A stretch of DNA of 64,000 nt, from the NCBI RefSeq assembly GCF_006345805.1, contig NC_043000.1, positions 6,758,001 through 6,822,000 on the forward strand, read 5' to 3'. Every line of letters starts with the position of its first letter. The stretch's first letter is position 1. Position numbers and translations under genes: made by a program. The stretch is from Octopus sinensis (Eukaryota). Positions 1-13,395 of the stretch are shown here, piece after piece. The notes under the pieces are model-generated. The model made no database searches. It was not told where the DNA came from and saw nothing but the letters and a program-made list of their open reading frames with translations.

Positions 1-303
1 TGGCACCTTGGACAAGTGTCTTCTACTATAGCCTTGAGCCAACCAAAGCCTTATGAGTGGATTTGGTAGACGGAAACTGAAAGAAGCCAGTTGTATATAT
101 GTATATATATACATGTATGTGCGTATATGTTTGTGTGTCTGTGTTTGTCCTCCCAACATTGCTTGACAACAGATGTTGCAGTTCGGCAAAAGAGACTGAT
201 AGAATAAGTACTAGGCTTAAAAAGAATAAGTCCTGGGGTCGATTTGCTCGACTAAAGGCGGTGCTCCAGCATGGCCACAGTCAAATGACTGAAACAAGTA
301 AAA
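1..303 (+). mobile_element. SINE family A (cut by window start)
   Basis: Colinear with 892-1268. Confidence 0.88.
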
Positions 304-364
304 GAGTAACAGTGTAAAAGAGTGTACCCCTGAGTTTCCTACTAGTTAGTTTTTGCCCATAAAA

Positions 365-710
365 TCTGTCCAGCAATTCTTTCCCGGTGCTTTCTTACCA
401 CATGTCCATAGTATTGGAGCTGTGATCCCTCACTTCAGAGCAGTCACAGCTCTACCCGGAGCACTTCACTGATCTCCAAGCTATTCTCTTTATCAAGTAC
501 CATTACTCCGAAGACCTTTTGGAGGAACTCCATTTTGGCCACTTGTATTCATGATCATATTGTTTTGGTCATAGGTAAGGGTGGGCACGAACACTGAATT
601 GGAGATAGCAAGTTTGACTTTTACACCTACCTCCATTTCTCTGGTGACTGAATGCCATATCCTGCCCAAATACCCAACTATTTTAGCTTCTTTTATGTTT
701 AAACCCAACA
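365..710 (-). mobile_element. Decayed RTE (Expander/Rex3-like) LINE fragment
   Basis: ORF 493-708 KVKLAISNSVFVPTLTY resembles the RTE motif KAKLSIYQSIYVPTLTYG. Confidence 0.7.
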
Positions 711-819
711 GTTCCGGAGTCTCACTACCCTACAATGTCATTCTAAAAAATAATCACATCATCAAAAATCTCGAAGCTATAAGATAATGCATGATTAATT
801 AAAACAATGTGAATAAATA

Positions 820-990
820 GGTGCTGGAGTGGCCGTGTGGTAAGTAGCTTGCTTACCAACCACATGGTTCCGGGTTCATTCCCACTGCATGGCACCTTGG
901 GCAAGTGTCTTCTACTATAGCCTCGGGCCAACCAAAGCCTTGTGAGTGGATTTGGTAGACAGAAACTGAAAGAAGCCCATCGTATATATG

Positions 991-1043
<53 letters not shown>

Positions 1044-1268
1044 ATGCATGTGTATATGTTAGTGTGTCTGTGTTTGTCCCCCACAACATCGCTTGACAAC
1101 CGATGTTGGTGTGTTTATGTCCCCGTAACTTAGCAGTTCAGCAAAAGAGACTGATAGAATAAGTACTAGTACAAGGCTTACAAAGAATAAGTCCTGGGGT
1201 TGATTTGCTCGACTTAAGGCGGTACTCCAGCATGGCCACAGTCAAATGACTGAAACAAGTAAAAGAGT
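820..1268 (+). mobile_element. tRNA-derived SINE family A (about 450 bp; tRNA head, (TA)n(TG)n middle, conserved tail)
   Basis: A-box tggccgtgtggtaag and B-box ggttcattccc, tail ending tgactgaaacaagtaaaaga. Other copies: 1-303 (+); 2326-2712, 4008-4320, 44490-44710, 46155-46530, 46548-46925, 51460-51670, 54125-54292, 54560-54950 and 62245-62605 (-). Confidence 0.9.
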
Positions 1269-1644
1269 GAAAAATAAACATTACATTTGACAGAATAATC
1301 TGAAGATTAGAGAGTTAAATTGTATTCAACACAATGAGGTCACCTTCTGCATTTACAGCCCTTCCAACAATATTTGCTTTAGAATTCTTCTAGAAACAGC
1401 CAATTCTAGATAAGTATATATTTCTTCAAGATATCTATCAAAACACATTTTTATTTTTTTTACATTCCTATTGTTTTGGTAAGTGCGAAATCTGTTCTGT
1501 GACCATTGATTGCCCTAATTAACTAATATTGACTTTCTGTCATCTAAAATTCTTACAAGCATACTTCTCATTGATTTTGTTTTAAACAAGTGACTCATTT
1601 AGTTTTTTATTAATACTGTTGCTGTTGTTGTTGTTGTTGTTGTT

Positions 1645-2890
1645 AAGGCGGCGAGCTGGCGGAAACATTAGCATGCCAGGCGAAATGTTAAGCGGTATTT
1701 CGTCTGCCGCTATGTCCTGAGTTCAAATTCCGCCAAGGTCGACTTTGCCTTTCATCCTTTCAGGGTTGGTTAAATAAGTACCAGTTACGCACTGGGGTTG
1801 ATATAATTGACTTGATCCTTGTGTCTGTCCTTCTTTGTCCCCTCTATGTTTAGCCCCTTGTAGGTAGTAAAGAAATAGGTATTTCGTCTGCAGCTAAGTC
1901 CTGAGTTCAAATTCCGCCAAGGTCAACTTTGCCTTTCATCCTTTCAGGGTTGGTTAAATAAGTACCAGTTACACACTGGGGTCGATATAATCGACTTAAT
2001 CTGTTTGTCTGTCCTTGTTTGTCCCCTATGTGTGTAGCTCCTTGTGGGCAGTAAAGAAATAAGAATTGTTAGCATGCCAGGTGAAATGCCTTGCAATATT
2101 TCATTTGTCTTCACTTTCTGAGTTCAAATTCCGCAGAGGTTGAATATGCCCTTCATCCTTTTGGGGTTGATGGAATAAGTACCAGTTGAGTACTGGGGTC
2201 GATGTCATTGACTATCCCTCTCCCCCAAATTTCAGGCCTTGTACCTATAGTGGAAAGGATTATTATTATTATCATCATTACAGCAATGAGCTGGCAGAAT
2301 TATTAACATGCTGGATAAAATGTTTACTCTTTTTATTTGTTTCAGTCATTTGACTGTGGCCATGCTGGAGCACCACCTTTAGTAAAGCAAATCAACTCCA
2401 GGACTTATTCTTTGTAAGCCTAGTACTTATTCTATTGATCTCTTTTACCGAACTGCTAAGTTACGGTGATATAAACACACCAGCATCGGTTGTCAAGCGA
2501 TGTTGGGGGGGACAAACACAGACACACAAACATATACACACACACACATATATATATACATATATACGACAGGCTTCTTTCAGTTTCCGTCTACCAAATC
2601 TACTCACAAGGCTATAGTAGAAGACACTTGCTCAAGGTGCCACGCAGTGGGACTGAACCCAGAACCATGTGGTTGGTAAACAAGCTACTTACCACACAGC
2701 CACTCCAACGCCTATTTGGTGACATTTCTTTCAGCTTTACATTCTAAGTTCAATAGCCACCAATGTTTACTTTGCTTTCAATCCTTATGGGGTCAATAAA
2801 ATAGTACCAGTTGAGCACTGGGGGTCGATGTAATCAACTAAATTCCCAACCCCAAAATTTCAGGGCTTGTGCCTACAGTAGAAAGACTAC
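1645..2890 (+). mobile_element. Cluster of four tRNA-derived SINE family B copies; the last is split by a family A insertion (2326-2712)
   Basis: Repeated gagttcaaattcc (B-box) + gcctttcatcctttc.gggt.gataaa..agtaccag core. Other copies at 5833-6065, 19634-19810 (-), 32720-32930, 37820-38035, about 59990-60130 (-) and 61830-62095. Confidence 0.85.
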
Positions 2891-3729
2891 TACTACTCTG
2901 CTTTCCCCAAACCTGTGACTTTGTGCCTGTTTTAGACCCCATTATTATTGGTGCTGTTGTTGTATTTCTAGTATTTTCATGAGAGTTGCAGTAGTGAAAC
3001 TAGGGGCAGGGAAATAGGCAAGGGGCACAGTCCAGCCCAGTTGAAGGTTTTATAGTGACAGCACTTTTGGGGCCTGCTGTTTAAGCGTAGATAGACTTAG
3101 GGGGACCACAGACACTGATGGAAAACACAAGGGCAGCACACTCTCTAGCTACACCACAGTTCTACTGTACTGCTAGATACATTTCCATTTCCCTGAGTTG
3201 TGTGCAGCATTGATTTTTAGAAATAAGGGATACATTTAACTCTCTGAGTGATTTGTGTTGCTTTATTGTGCAGAAAGTGTATTGTGTGAGCTTGTTTATT
3301 TTTAAGTCTGCTTTTTCATGCTAGCATGGGTTAGAAGGAAATTTGTTAAGGCAGATTTTCTACTGCTGGATGCTCTTCCTTGATGCCAACTCTCACCTAT
3401 TGAAGTGAAAGCTTTTTTACACAAGTGGCTATGAGCAGAAGAGCTGTTTTCAAAACTCTATGGAATGTGGATGCCGCTGTTGTTTAGCCCCAGGTCGACA
3501 TTAATCAAGTAGACCTATAATCCTTTCTACTAGAAACACAAGGCCTGAAATTTTGTGGGAGGGGGCCAGTCAACAATATCAACCCCAGCACGTGTCTGGT
3601 ATATATTTTATTGATCCCAAAAGGATGAAAGACAAAGTTGACCTAGGCAGAATTTAAACTCAGAACACAAAGACAGCTGCTAAGCATTTCTCTTGGCATG
3701 CTAACAATTCTGCCAGCTCACCACCTTAA

Positions 3730-3951
3730 CCCTTTTGTTACCATATTTCTGTTGAGATGCTCTGTGTTTCTTTCAACTAATTTTAAATATAATAAAGAAT
3801 TTAGTAAAATAACTTAGTTATCATTCAGCTAGTGTTAGGGACATAAATTGTGACTGAGGTTTGGTGGAATATTTTAATTCAAAACTTATGAAAACAAGGC
3901 ATTTGTACTACAGAGCCAGAGACGGTTTCAGCCGGGTTAGTATCAAAAGGG
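3730..3951 (-). mobile_element. piggyBac-like MITE family 1 (about 221 bp)
   Basis: TTAA-CCCTTT ... AAAGGG-TTAA. Inverse copy of 22441-22660. Confidence 0.85.
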
Positions 3952-4218
3952 TTAAGTAGACTTAATTAAAGGCATTCCAGCCGTGGTTATCTCATGTTTT
4001 AGGGATTTTTATTCTTTTACTTGTTTCAGTCATTTGACTGCAGCCATGCTGGAGCACCACCTTTAAGCAAGCAAATCAATCCCAGGACTTATTCTTTGTA
4101 AGCTGAGTACTGAATCTATCAGTCTCTTTTGCTGAACCACTAAGTTATGGGGACATAAATGCACCAGCATCGGTTGTCAAGCGATGTTGGGGGGACAGAC
4201 ACAGACACACAAACATAT

Positions 4219-4254
<36 letters not shown>

Positions 4255-4690
4255 GATGGGATTCTTTCAGTTTCCATCTACCAAATCCATTCACCATTCA
4301 CAAGGCTTTGGTTGGCCTGAGGGATGTATAGGTCTGTTTTATTTAATGTGTCCTTTCCTTATTAAAGACAGTAAGATGTGATCTGAGGGAGATTTGGCTG
4401 CTATTTGTTGCAGATTGAGCAACGTCTTCAATGTTCTTTGCTTGATTCCAATGTAAATTTATAAACCTTGGAGTGAGTTTTTTTCATTCATTTATCCTTT
4501 TACTTTATCACATTCAGTGAACCAATTACTGAAGGCACTGTTTCTGCACTAAGACTTCCAAGGTTCTTGTATTTCAATAGCTTTTATTGACTTCATTAGC
4601 ATATATAGATTTTTCATTCTTGTCTTTTATAATGATATCAGACGTTTTTTTGTTTTGTTTCATTTTTTTTTCCTCCTTGTCCATCTGAAC

Positions 4691-4801
4691 AGGCAAAATC
4701 ACAGACAATTGTAAGCAGGCCATTGTCACTGGATTTGGTGCATATTTATATCATTCATTGTTAGTGACAATATATTACCCAACAGACAGCTGTCAACCCA
4801 G
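4691..4801 (+). other. Possible plus-strand exon GKITDNCKQAIVTGFGAYLYHSLLVTIYYPTDSCQP
   Basis: Strong polypyrimidine acceptor (ttttttttcctccttgtccatctgaacag) and donor CAG|gtttgt. One open frame; no partner exons found. Confidence 0.25.
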
Positions 4802-7800
4802 GTTTGTTCAGGGATAGATTTTCTCTTTTCTAGAACTGAGCAGACACAAATGATGTAATCAATTTTTTCTTTGTGTTTATTTCACAGCCTGCAGCTGATT
4901 GTTTCATTTTTGCTTTTTTTTATAGATTTTTTTTGTGATTGTATGTATATGTGAGTATATGCATGTATGTGAATGTATGCGTCTATGTTTATGTGTATAT
5001 ATGTGTGCAATGCATGCATCAGTGTATATGTTTGTGTGTATGGTGTGTGTAGTGGCTAGGAATTGATTATGTGCAGCTAAAATCAGACCTTCCATTTCTG
5101 CTTTTAGCCCAGAGTTTTTGAGTCATTATTGGCTTTCATGCTGGCTTGCTTCCTCTTTATTTAGTATTTCCTGAATGTGATCTGTGACTCACTGCAGAAT
5201 TATAGTGTGACAATCAATACCATTTTGGCATTTGCTTTGTTTTCTTTGACAAGATGGGTAGATAGTGAATTGGTTATGTTGTTTTTTAAAAATGTTTTTA
5301 TGGTATAATTCAAGAGTGTTGTTAGCTTGTCTCTGTACTTGCTGTAATTTCTACATGTAGTAACAAAGACTGTGTCAGTAGGAGAAGACAACAGTCATAA
5401 AATATACTTTTCTTTTGATTAGATGGTCTGTCAGTTTTTGACTGTGTATGAGGTGAATGTATGAAGTGGATGTATGTGTACAGCTTGTTAGGCTGATAAA
5501 GAAAATGTTTGGAAAGTGTAGTCATTTTTGGAGATTTGCAATAGAAAAATTTATGGCATATATATTCTTAGTATATCATTGTTGCAGTGTTGCACTCACT
5601 GTCGCAAGATCATGGTTTCAATTCCTGGACTGGGTGATGTTTTGTGTTCTTGAGCAAAACACTTCATTTCACAATGCCCTGTGATCATTTGACATCTGAT
5701 ACATGGCACACTGTGCACCATTACAAGTAATGTCGATTTGGAGTGAAAGAGTGAACTAATGTACAGCAAAAATATTTGATCATTATGAACAAATCATTTG
5801 TGTAAGTTGTTTAGCAAGAAGTTGCAGAATCTTAAGGCAGCAAGCTGGCAGAAACGTTAGCACGCCAGGTGAAATGCTTAGCAGTATTTCATCTGCCATT
5901 ACGTTCTGAGTTCAAATTCCACTGAGGTCAACTTTGCCTTTCATCCTTTCAGGGTAGATAAATTAAGTACCAGTTACACACTGGGATCGATGTACTCGAC
6001 TTCATCCCTTTGTCTGTCCTTGTTTGTCCCCTCTATGGTTGGCCCCTTGTGAGCAATAAAGAAATTAAAAAATTAGTAGTACTTGTATTTCAAAGGACCC
6101 GCCTTGTCACATTTTGTATCACACTGGAATTTCCTGGAGAACAAAGTTAAAGGTATGCATTTCTGTGGAATGCTCAGCCACTTGCGCATTAATTTCACAA
6201 GCAGGCTGTTCCATTGATCAGATCAACAGGAATCCCTGTTACCGTAAGCAACTGAATGCCAGCTTTATTCTGCTTGGATGTTGTGCTCAGTAGATAATTG
6301 TGGTTTAATTATAATTTTGCTTTAATTATTATGTCATCAGTGTATGTGTTACCTAGAAATTTTGGTCAATAGTATTAAATTTGTAGGTTTTATGAACAGT
6401 GACATAGTGAAACACAACAAACTAGAGAATCGTTGGTTAGTAAGATAGCAGTTGATTTCTTTGATTTATCTGTTCATGCTGCTTTCTTCTTCTTCTTCCA
6501 ATCAGGACGCATGCCATTAGCCACAAAGAATAATCTCTAATTCGAGCCTACTCTAAGCTATTAAGAATGCATGTGGCAACTTGAAGATCCACTCACCACA
6601 CGCGATAGACTGGCGGTTGCACAGGCACAAAAGCTACGTTGTTATCCTCATTCCATAAACAGTGGCTTTTAATGGGTGGAGAGCTGAACCATCCTGTGGT
6701 ACAGAGGATTCACAATCTGGACTAGGGTCTGAAAGTTTACCACCTTGGTTCCTCTGCTTTGCAGCAGAAGTAGGAAGAAAGAGTGAGAGAAAGTTGTGGT
6801 GAAAGAGTACAGTGGGGTTCACCACTCCCACCCCACCCCCCGCCAGAGCCTCGTGGGGCTTAGGTGTTTTTGCTCAATAAACACGCACAATACTCGGTCT
6901 GGGAATCGAAACCACGTTCTTACGACCACGAGTCCGCTGCCCTAACCACTGGGTCATTGCAGCTCTACTACATGCTGCTGTTGGAGTGACTGGAATATCA
7001 CTGACATAGAATGCTATGCATACATTGTAAGAAAATCAAAGACAGGTTGTGCACAAATAGGTTGAAGAGGGTAGGTAATAATAAGGAACCTTGTAGCATA
7101 CCATTTACAAGGCCATATTCTTGGAAAATTTTGTTTCATCTAATGGTTTTCTGGTAAGTAAACAAGACAACCAACATTTGAAGCTGCCAAGAAATTTTGT
7201 TTTGTTTTTCTAGTTATTTTTAACAGTATTGTTTTTAATAACTCAATCATTTTACTATGTTGCTGTTATCCAACACTAAGAATAATGCACAATGGAAGAT
7301 GCTTTTATATTGTTGAAGCCATTTAGGTATTTGTTGTGAGAGATTATGAGTAATGTTGATGTTGAGGGTAGAGGTTGGAACACACAATGAGTCACAAAGA
7401 GGAAAATGTGATATCACCGATATTTGAGGGTATACACAGACAACTGTTGTGTCTATAAGGGGTGGTTATATGATTATTGTGAAAATTAGTAAAGAAAACA
7501 TTTATTGAAACTATAGGTTTGAAGTCACTAAATTTCAAAGGAAACATGTCAAGAACTGAATATTAATACAAAGGATGGAAAGCTTTCAACAACTGAATTT
7601 TTATATATAGTTTTAGATTGTTTTTATGCCTTACACAATAGAACAAAAGCAGGGCATTTGACTGTTTCAGTACTTCCAGCACTTCTGAAATGAGGAGAGG
7701 CAGTTGTCCTCTAATCAGGGACCTTGAAACTGAGTAGATACTGCAAATAGAACCCAATAAAAAGATGGTGGTGTCAAACTGGGTGACAGAGTTAGTCTAC

Positions 7801-8073
7801 CACCCCAAAACAGAAACGACCCATCTGATAGGCTTCCATAAAGTTTCCAGCTAACAGATTTGACCCATGAAACTTTGGTCAATCCAAGGTTATGGTAAAA
7901 AGACGCTTGCCTAAAATGCGCTGTGGTAGGATTGGATCTAAAACCACATTGTTACAAAGCAAAATTCTTAGCCATGCATGCACTTACGACAATTAAGGAA
8001 AAGAGTTAATGTAATTATGGAGTCAGAGCATTATGATATTTTAAAATTAGGTCCTATGAAAATATTTCTTTAG

Positions 8074-8300
8074 CCCTTAAGGATTCAGATTTCTTTGTGA
8101 AATTTGTTGCTTATTTATTCATGCTGTTTTGAATTAATCACATATTATTTTGCAACTTCAAAATTTAAATGGTGTGGCTGTATATTTTTAAAATGACATT
8201 GTAGGGTAGGTGTGAGAGGTTGGATCCAGACAGTTTTAACATAAAACAGGTGGAAGGTGGAATATTTGGGCTGGATATGGCCGGATTAGATGCTAAAGGG
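8074..8300 (+). mobile_element. piggyBac-like MITE family 2
   Basis: CCCTT...GCTAAAGGG-TTAA, colinear with 38103-38323. Confidence 0.75.
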
Positions 8301-9028
8301 TTAAATATTTAAATAGCAGAAAAGCTAGAGGAACAGAAAATGATGTATTCATAAGATATAATTTTATACATGACTTTTTTTCATATTTTGCGCTCATGTT
8401 TTACAAAAACTTGATAGCCAGTATCATCTGCAGTGCCATCAGTTTAAGCCAAATCTTTTTTAGTTTCAGATTACTATGATTCTATCTCTAATTCTACTTT
8501 CAAATGCTATCCTTCTGGATTTAAAATGCTCATACAAAAAAAAAAATGACAAGAAGTATCATTAAGTAGCTACTTTAACTTAAAATTCCTTATTTCTCCA
8601 TGTTATTAATCCTGAGTATTTTTGACCACTACGTAAAATACTTCAAAATAATACAGTATTTTAATCCCTCACTTCATACAAAATTTTTCATTACCCTCTA
8701 GATAAGATTATAGATCTATGAAAATCATTTAAATACTTTTTCATGCCTGGTAAAGATTAAATATTATAATTTGTACAACATGAATTGTGTTATTGCCTAA
8801 AATTTATTTATAACATTTATGTAAATAGTCCTTTAGCCTTTGCAGAAAAGTGTATTCTTGTACAAAACAAAGAATTAATATTTATGCTTCTCTCTAGTAG
8901 AAGTCTTCTTATCTCTATAAAATACATTGTAAATAGAAATATTGTTTAATGATTTAGCATTTTCAAGGACTTGGTATTTTAAAAATAATAGGATAATGAT
9001 TGTTAAAACCCTTCTATATCATGCTTAC

Positions 9029-9107
9029 TTATATTTTTGTATGTCACCAAAGTCTTTCTCTTTGTGTATTGCATCAAAGATAAGCCAGTCTGGTAGAAAT
9101 AATCCCC
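9029..9107 (-). CDS. Candidate internal coding exon: GLFLPDWLIFDAIHKEKDFGDIQKY
   Basis: Acceptor ataacatttccag and donor gtaagc. 79 nt, open and protein-like (phase 1 to 2). Confidence 0.45.
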
Positions 9108-10019
9108 CTGGAAATGTTATAATTAACTATGTGTGTCTATAAGTCTTTTAATCATACATACTGCTTAGTCATAATTATCAAGTATTGTTTTTACAGTCTT
9201 TATCATAATACTGTACACCAGCAGCTTTTAACTATTTTCAATCCATGACTCACTGAATAAAAGTGCAAATGTTGTAACATCATACTCAAAGTTATTTAAA
9301 AGTTTTACAATACAAAAGATGAGCATAAAAATTGTTTTACTATTTAAAAGCAAGTATGAAAATGTGAAAGGGCAGGGCCTAGTACAGTCATGGACAAACT
9401 ACAATTACTGGGACTTCCTGAATGGCATGCTTAATGAATTTTTTTTTTAGTAGCACAACCTACTTGATGATAAACCATGTCTTATTTAGCCCAATTCTTT
9501 AAAAAAACGTTGCCTATGTCTGGCCTGGTGGTTAGAGAAGTGATTCTCAACAGGGATTCATATGATCCCTGAGGGTCCATGCAAGAAAAATAGTAAATTA
9601 GGGATCCCCAGTAGTATTTTAAGGGTCCACGAATTGTTTATTTCAAGAAACAACTAGGTTTCTTTCTCTAATGTTTTACATAGTTCAACTTACGCAAGTT
9701 ATTGGGTGGAAAGCAAAATAGGAATTTTGAAAGAAATACCTATATAACTAGTTTTTGAACATTAAGTGGCTAGGGGTTTCACAGAATAAAATCTAAGTGG
9801 TCCATAGATTTTTAAAAAATGGTTGAGAATCAGAGGGCTAGAGTATTTGCCAGATGGTTATAAAATCATGGATTCAATTCCAGAACAAGGCACTTCATTT
9901 CATGTCTACTCAGCTGAAAATTAATCCAAGCACTAGTGCTGATGCAACCCTCTCTCCACTCCAGCTTTCAGTTCTTGAATATTCCGCTGGGTTAATGGTG
10001 GAAATGCTGAGGGAATATC

Positions 10020-10390
10020 TTCCTCAATGTTTCCTACTTCCTTCATGCTGTCTTTCTCTTCTCCTACTCTCTATCTCTATTCTGTGTATGTTCTTTTGTC
10101 CTTTGCCCCATCACCCAGCCATCTCACTCTTCACTTCCCTCCATCACCTTCCTCCCATTTCAACCAGCCTGGTTCTTGCTACTAACTTTTACCACCATTC
10201 CTTCTAACCTTACTTCCTCCCACACTGTTCATCTTCCTCACTACTCATACCACCTTCCAAACTTCTCACACTCTCCTTATGCTCTCTCTCACTCACTACA
10301 CCTACCACTCCACATTATTCTTGCTCTTCATTTGTCAGTCTATAAACAAGATATTAACCTCTATCCTTTCTCTTCAAAGAAGGACAAGTG
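10020..10390 (+). repeat. Pyrimidine-rich about 370-bp repeat, second copy at 12825-13240 (probable decayed PLE 3' region)
   Basis: Near-identical peptides in the ORF track (PPISTSLVLATNFHHHSF; LTSSHTVHLPHYSYHLP). Both copies end at caaagaaggacaagtgtc. Confidence 0.75.
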
Positions 10391-10902
10391 TCTCTTGTGG
10401 ATTCACTTCCTGGACAAGGCACTTAATTTCATGTTACATCACTCTACTCAGCCGAAAATTCATACAAGCACTGGTACTGAAGCAACCCTCTCTCCCTCCA
10501 GCTTTCAGTTCTTGAACATTATGTTGGATCAACAGTGGAAATTCCAAGAGAATGTCTATATCAGCTTACTACTACTACTACATAAGTACCAAAAGCAATT
10601 AATGAAAGCATGGTACATGTTACCAAGCTATACTTGCTTGCAAGTGACAGCCTTGCTTGCTTGTGATTAAAATTATTGTTAAACAGTGATGAAAGCATGC
10701 ATTGTATTTTGGCACAAAGGAACATTATGCATTAGTGCAGCAAGTGCAGTGCATTAAAAAAACTCAAATATGCAAAAACTTGCAACATGTCTGCAGACAA
10801 TAAATAACATTCAAATGTGTTTCAACAATGGCTGAAAACATCTGCTGTATACACTATACATAGTATACATACAGTATTTGCAGACAGTATATGAATTTAT
10901 GT

Positions 10903-11195
10903 GGTGGTGCAATGGCCCAGTGGACTCGCGGTTGGAGGATCGCAGTTTCAATTCCCAGACCAGGCATTGTGTGTGTTTATTGAGAGAAAACACCTAAAGC
11001 TCCACGAGGCTCCGGCAGGGGGTGGTGGCGACCCCTGTTGTATTCTTTTGCCCCAACTTTCTCTCACTCTTTCTTCCTGTTTCTTGAGTAACGCTGCGAT
11101 GGACCGGCATCCTGTCCAGCTGGGGGGAACACATACGCCATAGAAACCGGGAAACTGGGCCCATGAGCCTAGCTAGGCTTGAAAAGGGCACATAA
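10903..11195 (+). mobile_element. tRNA-derived SINE family C
   Basis: gcaatggcccagtgg A-box and gtttcaattccc B-box, tail gcctagctaggcttgaaaagggc. Related copies at 6745-6965, 12225-12475 and 13755-14005 (-), and 22255-22436 (+). Confidence 0.8.
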
Positions 11196-11430
11196 AAAAA
11201 ATATGAATTTACTGTCCTATTTTTCATTTTGGACCTGTATTTGCTTGCATTACGTTATATTTCAGACTACCAATTTTACATTCTGAGTTCAAATTTCACT
11301 GAAGTTGATTTTACCTTTCACTCTTTTGGGGTCAATAAAATAACTAACCTTTTGAGTACTGGGGTCAAAGCGTCTGCCCCCAAAATTTCAAGTTTTGTGC
11401 CTATTATAGCAAGGATTAAGTTATATTTCA

Positions 11431-11620
11431 GTGTGTGCATGTGTGTGTGTGTGTGTATGTGTGCCTGCATGTTTGTGTAGGTGTGTGCATGCATGTTTGT
11501 GTGTATGTGAGCATGTGTGTGTGTGCATGCATGTATGTGAGTGTGGTGTGTGTGTGTGCATGCATGTGTGTATGTGTGCCTGCATGTGTGTGCATGAATG
11601 TATGTGAGTGGTGTGTGTGT
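11431..11620. repeat. (TG)n/(TGCA) microsatellite
   Basis: Visible directly. Confidence 0.9.
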
Positions 11621-11816
11621 GACGGTACGTGGCCTTGTGGTTGGGGTGTTGCACCCACACTCACAAGATCATGGTTTCGATTCCAAGATTGACAGACCAC
11701 TGTGTTCTTGAGCAAGACATTCCATTTCATGTTACTTCAAGCCTTCCAGCTGTTAATGGATAACTCTGTCACAGATTGCACTTCATTCAGGAAGGGATGT
11801 CATACAATTCTACGTA

Positions 11817-12113
11817 TATAAACATTTATAAATTTGTGTTGCAAGATTCTTGATGTGAAGTCATGTGTTGAAACAAATATTGTTGTATTTCGGGATGGTC
11901 GTTTTCCCTTATTTTTTGCCAAATAAACACATGCAGTACATATTCATTCTTCACTCATTTATTACTGTTCTTATTCTAAATCACGTCAACTGTCCGTATA
12001 ACGGACATGAGTTAGAATAAGAACAGTGGTAAACAAGTGAAGAACAAACATATAGTACGTGTGTTTATTTGGCAAAAAAAACCCAGAAAAATGACCATCC
12101 CAAAATACAATAT
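11817..12113. mobile_element. Palindromic non-autonomous derivative of the 15.5-18.7 kb PLE family
   Basis: Imperfect inverted arms at about 11877-11987 and 12004-12113. The left extension tgcaagatt..atgtgaagtc.tgtgttgaaaca.atattgtt.tatttcgg.atggtc matches the PLE end at 15553-15630. Confidence 0.75.
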
Positions 12114-12163
12114 GTATATATTACATTGCATAGATTTGATGTGAGAAGTGATGCACATATAGT

Positions 12164-12223
<60 letters not shown>

Positions 12224-12512
12224 AATAAATGCGCCCTTTTAAAGCCTAGCCAGGCTCATAGGCTCAGTTTCCCGGTTTCCATGGCGTATGTGTTCCCCAC
12301 CTGGACGGGACGCCAGTCCATCGCAGCGTTACTCATTTTTGCCAGCTGAGTGGACTGGAGCAATGTGAAATTAAGTGTTTTGCTCAAGAACACAACGTGT
12401 CGCCCGGTCAAGGAATCGAAACCACAATCTTACGATCATGATGCTGACACCCTAACCACTAAGCCAGGCACCTCCACACACACGCACACACATATATATA
12501 TATATGTATGTA

Positions 12513-12544
<32 letters not shown>

Positions 12545-13278
12545 CACATACATATATAAACATGTATGTATGCATATTAACTACTGTCTCTGTCTTACAT
12601 AATGCATTAAAAATTTCTGCATTTGCTATATATATATTGACTGCATAAAAGCAGTATATATACTATATTACTATACTATACACTATATATGTGTAGTTCT
12701 TACAGTTAATGAATATTCTCCTGATCCATATTCATTATTTCAATCCTCTTCTCCACTCCAGCTCTTCCCAGCACTTGTTTGCCTCTCTTCTCTGCGCAAA
12801 AGATTTTCTTTACATTCATACCATTCTTCAATGTTTCCTACTTTCTTCATGCTCTCTTTCTCTTCTCCTACTCTCTCTTACCTCATGTGCACATCTATTT
12901 TATTCTGTGTCTGTTCTTTTGTCCTTTACCCCATCACCCAGCCATCTCACTCTTCACCCAACATGGCCCTCCATGACCTTCCCCCCCATTTCAACTAGCC
13001 TGGTTCTTGCTACTAACTTTCACCACCATTCCTTCTAACCTCACTTCCTCCCACACTGTTCATCTTCCTCACTACTCATACCACCTTCCACACTTCTCAC
13101 ACTCTCCTTATACTCTCTCTCTCTCTCTCTCTCTCTCTACCATTCCACATTATTCTTGCACCTCTTCTTTTTCTCATTCGACTTTCTATGAACATGATAT
13201 TAACCTCTTTCTTCTTTCTCTCCAAAGAAGGACAAGTGTCTAAAATACTGAATGTTTCACTTCTCCCATCAAACCCAC

Positions 13279-13395
13279 TCGATGCAATTATTTTTATCCA
13301 TGAAATTTTATGAATGGACTTTTTCCAATGCAGACCAACAACAAGTCTTCTTGGATTCCAGATCTTGTAATCCACCTGCAATCTCTTGCCTTCGG
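13279..13395 (-). other. Possible exon (frame ambiguous)
   Basis: Acceptor ctgtcatttttag and weak donor gtgggt. Unique, non-repeat composition. Confidence 0.22.

Noticed and set aside
820-900. tRNA gene-like A/B boxes (also in SINE families B and C)
   Set aside because: Multi-copy SINE heads continuing into conserved SINE bodies; no complete cloverleaf.
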